Shown here: positions 33,779 to 36,710 of the stretch, piece after piece
Layout of the letters: every line of letters begins with the position of its first letter
How positions within the stretch are numbered: the stretch's first letter is position 1
Assembly: GCF_001194135.2 (NCBI RefSeq)
Contig: NC_069001.1
Location: 3,243,176 to 3,279,885 of the forward strand
Origin: Octopus bimaculoides
Taxonomy: Eukaryota
DNA: 36,710 bases
Direction: 5' to 3'
The notes under the pieces: model-generated
Told to the model about the DNA's origin: nothing
Databases searched by the model: none
The model's input: the letters and a program-made list of their open reading frames with translations, nothing else
Program-made: the position numbers and the translations under genes

Positions 33779-36259
33779 CACACTGGCACATATGAAGTAA
33801 TAAAAACGGAAATAATGCCAGCCCCAAAATTGCTCATTGGGGAAGTAATATGGAGAAAAGAAGCCTATTGTTTAAGGCTGCTTCTTTCAGTCGTTACAAC
33901 CAAAAACTGAAAAATGTTGGCCTAAATTGCAAGAAAAGGAAATAAAAAATATATTCATGTTTATGTTAAGAAATAGAAGAGAAAAAAGGGATTGCTTTTG
34001 TCAAGCGATGGTGGGGGGACAAACAAGGACACACACACACAATCTTTTTTCATTGACCCCTTGAGACAGTTGGTACCTCTCACTTGAAATGTTTGTTTCA
34101 CATACTAGTATTAAGGGAGAACCCCACCCCCACCCCCACCATCTCTTTTCCTTCACCTCTGTTCCTTTATTCTTTAATCACTTGCTACAGTTAATAACCA
34201 CATGAGTTCATGTAGGAGTCTCTATGTGGTTGTTTGCTGTATTAGAAGTAATAGCCAAATCTCTAATTCAGTTCTTTTAAATAAAGGAACAACACTTTGG
34301 ATAATGTAGCCCTTGACAAGGTTGGAGTGGTTATGATTGGAATGCCTTTTATTATAGGTCAGTTAAATCAAGTTGACCTGGTGCTCACAAGACTTTGTCT
34401 ATCACAACGTACAGTTCATGTGGCAGTGTGCCACATGTTTTCAGTTTGAAAATAACTTCTTTCTGCCAATCCCAGAGAACCTGAAATGGGTCATAGCTGT
34501 TGTTTCCCCTCCTATTACCAAATCATGAGAACATGTAAAAAAAAATTTTAAAAAAAGAAGAAGCTATAATCTAAAGTGTTACCCACATGTCTGAGACCCC
34601 TCTGCTGGTGGCATCTTCTCCTCTGCATCCTCTCTACCCCATCCCTCCTCCCCACTCCCTTGTTGTTCCACACCTGAATGAAGGTCATTCAATTGAGCAA
34701 CCAATACTCTTTTAAACCACAAGGACAGAGACATGTGGGTTATACTAATTTTTGCCTCATCTTTATTTTTCTTCGTTCTGTTGCAGTTTGTAATTTATAG
34801 CATAGTTGTTAACAGGTGTTCAATTCCCCAAATGAAATTTACAATGACAAACAAACAAGTGAGCAAGCATGACAAAGAAATACCTGTGCTTTTGTCACTT
34901 GACAGGTCATGCAAGAAATATTGTCTTTTTGTGGTGGGTGGGCACGATTCTGCATTGCATTTAAATGAAAGAAGACATTGTGTGATTGCTGTAGTAAAAA
35001 CAGCCAGTTTGCATCTAGGCTGAAAAGTAATCTTTGCCATCTCATTAATAACCAAGGGTCATAATGTGTGTGTGTGTATATGCATATGTATGTGTGTCTA
35101 TGTATATATATATATATATATATATACATACACACACACACACACACGCACACATTTTATATATATAATTATATGCATTTATATAGAAGCATTGATCATA
35201 GAACAAACATCAAATTCGAGTACACTCTCTAAAGTGTTGACATTAGGAAGGGTACCGGGCCGTAGAAACCATGCCAAAGCAGACACAGGAGCTCGTTTGT
35301 TTATTTTAGAATTATAATTTCCATTGTATAAAACGTAGAAATGTAAAGACATCCCCCCCCCCCCAGTAAAGACATTAAAAAGAAAATTATGAGTTGTTGG
35401 GCACGCCCGCGCGCGCGTGTACGTGCCTGTTCCCCCACCTCATTCCTAAATTTTGTGAGTATATGTGTATGTGTGTGTGTGTAAGTATACAGATTTGCAT
35501 ACACGTGTACAAGGGAATGTTGGCGAAGAAAACAAATATCAATAGTAAATCAAAACAAATCCATGATGGTGGTGGTGGTGGTGATTGTGACACCGAAGGA
35601 AGTAATGTTGCGGTTAGCGTTGCTGATAATGATGTCGACAATTATAACGCTGGCGGGAGTATATAGCGGGTGCTGTTGATAATGCTACTGGTATTTTATG
35701 TTGCTAATGATATTGATGATGATGATGTGTGTTCTTATATTTGTGTTGACAATGATGATAGTGGTGATTGTGTTGGTGTTAGTGTTGACAGTAATATTAA
35801 GTAAATGGGGAAATGATTCCACCTCTGAATCATGTAAAATAATACTTGAATAAAAAATAATACTAATAATAAAACCAAAATCCCAGTAAATAACTTTCGT
35901 GTAACGCTGCCTGACGGAAATAACGGAAAGTAACGGATATTTACGAAAACAAATCATCGTTTTTGTTGATATTTCGACTTGTCATGTAAACCTTGTCTTG
36001 TTTCTTTTACTAAATTCCTTCGGTATTTCGCTCTTATTTCTAAAACTCGTCAGAGTTTTTAAGCAACGCTTACAAATGCAAGGTAATTATTTAATTATAT
36101 TCATTCATTGACTGACTGACACTCAAGATTTGTGTTTCATTTTATCTTCGGATCTGATATTAACTTATCTTTCACGACTCAAGTGCGTATGACCATGCAT
36201 ATAATCATGTATACATACATACATACATACATATGCATGTATGCTTGTATGTATGTATA

Positions 36260-36305
36260 TTGACTTCGAATCAGAAGATTGCGAGTTCGGGTCTCGTCGT
36301 GGTCG
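36260..36305 (+). pseudogene. 3' half of tRNA-Arg(UCG); D-arm absent
   Basis: TGAC-TTCGAA-TCAG anticodon arm (TCG at 36266-36268), AGATT variable loop, T-arm GCGAG-TTCGGGT-CTCGT, acceptor strand CGTGGTC-G. Upstream is a (TATG/TACA)n microsatellite. Confidence 0.75.
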
Positions 36306-36603
36306 AGCAATTTATATATATATATATATAATTTTTTTCCCAGAGGATGTAGCAACCGTTACCAATATAGCATAAGAACTTACCTCAGGAGATCATTAAT
36401 TAGATTCCTTAAGGGTCGTTCTCACAGTTTATATTTATATCATAAGGTTTTTAAACTTTTAAATTTTCATATTCAAAAGAGACAGAGACTTCAAATTCGA
36501 TATATCGATTTATTCACCACTCTATGTTAACATTTCTGTGCCAAACTTATCCAGTGACTGGTCCATTGGATTTAGACGTTTGGCACTTCTTCAGGAGTGG
36601 TTA

Positions 36604-36710
36604 CCTTTCGAACAAAACACGAAAAAACACATACATAACTGTTATTAGGTCCTTAGGACATCGTCCTAATAACAGTTATGTATGTGTTTTTTCGTGTTTT
36701 GTTCGAAAGG
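36604..36710. repeat. Perfect 46-bp inverted repeat reaching the window end
   Basis: 36604-36649 is the exact reverse complement of 36665-36710. Confidence 0.9.

Noticed and set aside
36030-36058. Minus-strand CTGACGA...GAAA
   Set aside because: The intervening GTTTTA cannot form stem II, and there is no stem I or III.

Overview
AT-rich eukaryotic genomic DNA, very dense in microsatellites and SINEs. The repeat families look like those of Octopus (coleoid cephalopod); the species cannot be fixed from sequence alone. The main feature is one multi-exon minus-strand gene that I assembled by hand from GT-AG boundaries with continuous reading phase. It is a KANSL3 (NSL3/Rcd1) orthologue with 15 coding exons between 31313 and 5375, 3501 nt, about 1166 aa. 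Exons 3-13 clearly match human KANSL3 motifs recalled from memory. Exons 1-2 rest mainly on splice signals and phase. Exons 14-15 encode a long Ser/Thr-rich tail. Almost all other ORFs in the supplied track are microsatellite or SINE artefacts. The introns hold tRNA-derived SINEs, RTE-LINE remnants and three kinds of MITE (piggyBac-like/TTAA, hAT-like/8-bp TSD, Tc1-mariner-like). The most notable unannotated element is a structurally near-complete type I hammerhead ribozyme at 32714-32785 (+) with a palindromic stem III, the form known from Penelope-like elements. Also notable: a perfect 46-bp inverted repeat at the right edge of the window (possibly an artefact), a 3' half of tRNA-Arg(UCG), an intronic hairpin, and a likely CpG-rich divergent promoter. 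I found no support for a wholly new multi-gene system. Five N-gaps limit what can be seen.
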